From positions 248,001 to 312,000 of the forward strand of contig OZ361257.1 of assembly GCA_977018835.1 (NCBI GenBank): a stretch of DNA of 64,000 nt, written 5' to 3'. The DNA comes from Minutocellus sp. GHC0000111. Taxonomy: Eukaryota. A program made the translations under genes and the position numbers. Positions 61,354 to 64,000 of the stretch are shown here, in pieces (position 1 is the first letter of the stretch; every line of letters begins with the position of its first letter). The notes below the pieces were generated by a model. That model worked only from the letters and a program-made list of their open reading frames with translations. It did no database searches and was not told the DNA's origin.

Positions 61354-63141
61354 CTAGATATTGGGAGATATACTGCTGAGATTGGCAAAGGCACCACCAG
61401 CGGCACTGGAACCAGCGGCAACTTCGTCCTCCCTCTTCTGTCTCAAGTAAGCATTACAGGAATCGGCAACTCCTCGTCCCTCATGGATGGCCCAAACGAC
61501 GAGTGACTGTCCTCGACGACAGTCGCCTCCAGCAAAGACACCCTCAACGGAAGTTCTGTAGTCACCGTAGACAGCGTGAATATTGTTTCTTTGGTCCAGG
61601 TCAAGCCCGAGCTCTTGGCTGATGTAATCCTCCGGAGAAACGAAGCCCATGGAAAGGACGACCAGGTCAGCGGGCCATTCCCTTTCGGAACCCTCGATGG
61701 CACGTGGGCCCTTGGCAGTGATTTCGACGTCTTGGGTGATGAGGCCTTTGACATTACCGTCGTCGTCGCCGATGAACTCCTTGGTCATGACGGAGTAGAC
61801 GCGGGGGTCCTTTCCGAAGACAGCCTGGACCTCGGCGTGGCCGTAGTCAACGCCGAAGACGCGAGGCCACTGGGGCCAAGGGTTGTCCGGTGCACGCTCC
61901 ATGGGCGGCTGAGGCATGAGCTCGAAATTGGTCACCGACTTGCACCGATGGCGCATAGAGGTTCCAATACAATCGGTGCCCGTGTCACCGCCTCCGATCA
62001 CGATGACGTCCTTCCCGGCGGCAGTGATAAAGGTGTCTTTGTCCCACTGCGATTCCAGGGTTCCCTCCTTGGTCATGAGGAGGCGCTTCTGGTTCTTCGT
62101 GAGGAATTCCATGGCAAAGTGAACGCCCTTGAGGTCGCGGCCAGGAACGGGCAAGTCACGCGGCTTGGTAGCGCCGACGGTGAGGGCAAGGGCGTCGTAG
62201 TTGGCCCGAAGCTCGTTGACGTCGACGTTACGGCCGATATCGGCGTTCGTAACGAACGCAATGCCCTCCTCTCGGAGAAGGTTGACGCGGCGGTCGACGG
62301 TCTCCTTCTCGAGCTTCGTGTTAGGGATGCCGTACATGAGAAGCCCCCCGATGCGATCTGCCCTCTCGTAGACGGTGACCTTATGACCCATCTGGTTGAG
62401 CTGGTCGGCTGCGGCAAGGCCGGCGGGTCCAGATCCCACAACAGCGACTGTCATTCCAGTCCGATCCTTGACGATGCGAGGCTGGATCAGGCCATCATTC
62501 CAGGCCCGGTCAACGATGGAATATTCAATGTTCTTGATGGTGACAGGACCGTCGATGAGGCCGGCGACGCACGCGCCCTCGCAGGGTGCGGGGCAGACAC
62601 GTCCGGTGAACTCCGGGAAGTTGTTGGTCTTGTGCAGCCGATCGATGGCGTCGGCCCACTGTCCGTTGTAGACCAAATTGTTCCACTCCGGGATGAGGTT
62701 ATTGACAGGACAGCCCGTCTCGGTCTGGCAGAAGGGAGTGCCGCAGTCCATGCAACGGGCGGCCTGGACCTTGCGCTCGATCTCGGAATGCTTCTCCTCG
62801 TCGGCCTCCGTCGGGTTGAGCTCCTCCCAGTCCATGAGCCGCTCCAATGGCTTGCGGTAGGGCTCGGGGTTGCGCTCGTAGTTGAGGAAGCCCCGGAGTT
62901 TCTCGATGGGCTGATACGAACCATCCCGACGCTTCACCATGGGCTCGTTGTTGTGGTCGTAGATGCCCTCCCTCCATTCCTCGCGGGGCTGCTTGATCTT
63001 ATGCCTGCCATCCTTGCCGATGGGGCCGGAGGGGGGAGCAGCGGCGGCCGTCGAAGTTGACATGGCCGCAGCAGCCGACGTGGCGGCCCTCCGTCTCGTC
63101 GCCGTAGCGGCCGATGCAAGTACCTTTGATGTTGCGAGCAT
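61354..63141 (-). CDS. gltD: Glutamate synthase beta subunit, intact 595-aa copy with mitochondrial-type presequence
   Basis: Uninterrupted ORF; N-terminus [22 protein letters not shown] is rich in A/T/S/R and lacks acidic residues. Confidence 0.95.
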   Translation of the reverse strand: MLATSKVLASAATATRRRAATSAAAAMSTSTAAAAPPSGPIGKDGRHKIKQPREEWREGIYDHNNEPMVKRRDGSYQPIEKLRGFLNYERNPEPYRKPLERLMDWEELNPTEADEEKHSEIERKVQAARCMDCGTPFCQTETGCPVNNLIPEWNNLVYNGQWADAIDRLHKTNNFPEFTGRVCPAPCEGACVAGLIDGPVTIKNIEYSIVDRAWNDGLIQPRIVKDRTGMTVAVVGSGPAGLAAADQLNQMGHKVTVYERADRIGGLLMYGIPNTKLEKETVDRRVNLLREEGIAFVTNADIGRNVDVNELRANYDALALTVGATKPRDLPVPGRDLKGVHFAMEFLTKNQKRLLMTKEGTLESQWDKDTFITAAGKDVIVIGGGDTGTDCIGTSMRHRCKSVTNFELMPQPPMERAPDNPWPQWPRVFGVDYGHAEVQAVFGKDPRVYSVMTKEFIGDDDGNVKGLITQDVEITAKGPRAIEGSEREWPADLVVLSMGFVSPEDYISQELGLDLDQRNNIHAVYGDYRTSVEGVFAGGDCRRGQSLVVWAIHEGRGVADSCNAYLRQKREDEVAAGSSAAGGAFANLSSISPNI

Positions 63142-64000
63142 TCTGAAACGAAAGAGAGCTACGTTGGTTGTCGTACTACTACTCTAACTAGCTAGCTAGC
63201 GGTTGCAGAATTCGCAGCTAAATGGATCTGAAAAAGGCGCGCAACTTGCGGAAAGTCTTCGCGCCAAGAAAAATAATGATCCAAGCGAGAGTGGCTGAAT
63301 TGAGCGACCTGTGTGGTTTATCACAACAAAAACGAAAGACTAATCAGTCTCCTCGATACACCGCAGGCGGGACCCTGATGTGTTCGGTGAATAGGTGGTG
63401 GCGAAGATAGATAGATGGGACGATAGCAAGTTTAAAATAATAGGCCTCTAGAAAAGCGGGGCAAAAATGAGATTTAGAGGGTCGAACTGCAGAACGCAAT
63501 GTAGCATTGCACGTTGTCATCCGTTATTTATACGTACGTACGGCTGGGCGAAAATCGGTGAAATGAGTCAAATAATATGTTAGAGAGGCCTAATCAGCAA
63601 ACGAAGAAGCCGAAGAAGCCCAGCGGTCTTTCCGTCGCCAATTCACCTCGAACCACGAAGCAGCAACCTGAATTGCTTTTGCACAAAGAAGCTTGCGAAA
63701 GAAATTCATTCATTGCACGTGTAGATCTAATCTACATGTAGATTAGAAGATCGAGATCTACATCTACATGTACATGGTTTTGCACCAGTACACATGTACA
63801 TGTACATGTACATGTATGTATGGTGGGTGACTGGATGGAGTGCAAGTGTGTCGCGGGGCGCAAAACACATGTAGAACACATGTAGATCTAGAAAAAGATC
63901 TAGGCATGTGTAGATCTAGTCTAGATCTATGCAGCTAGATCTACGTACCGGTAGTAGACTCTAGATCTACCAATTGCTTAGACTCTACATGTATATAATA

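Larger units (their letters stand above)
49394..64000 (-). repeat. Right arm of the inverted duplication (runs off the window)
   Basis: Reverse complement of 22275-36848 with scattered SNPs and indels. Confidence 0.97.

Overview
Eukaryotic nuclear DNA, most likely from a diatom or related ochrophyte: it has GT-AG introns and ASAF-type bipartite plastid presequences on FNR and HemA. Genes: a PX-like AGC kinase, a 5'-decapitated plastid FNR, a GRIP-domain golgin, a HAS1/DDX18 fragment, glutamate synthase beta subunit (GltD-like), glutamyl-tRNA reductase, eIF1AD, a UBX/UAS protein, a large PAS-LRR-receiver protein, a START/polyketide-cyclase protein and an Oxa1/YidC insertase. About 14.6 kb (22275-36848) is repeated in inverted orientation at 49394-64000 around a 12.5-kb unique spacer; the outer boundary is not visible because the right arm runs off the window. 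Intergenic DNA is dense with transposons: a full-length DD39D mariner with TIRs and TA target duplication, several TA-targeting MITE families, RTE-type LINE fragments with (CAC)n tails, and a Penelope-like fragment with a hammerhead-like core. The most distinctive signals are three. (1) TA-flanked palindromic micro-insertions (TACATGTA, TAGATCTA, TACCGGTA) pervade the window, and their cores match the terminal bases of the resident transposon families. (2) TpA appears to decay to TG/CA/CG in repeats and pseudogenes. (3) hemA and eIF1AD are enclosed by 60-bp inverted repeats. Many genes carry isolated frameshifts, often at homopolymers, which may be consensus errors. All family calls are from motif recognition by eye, not database searches.
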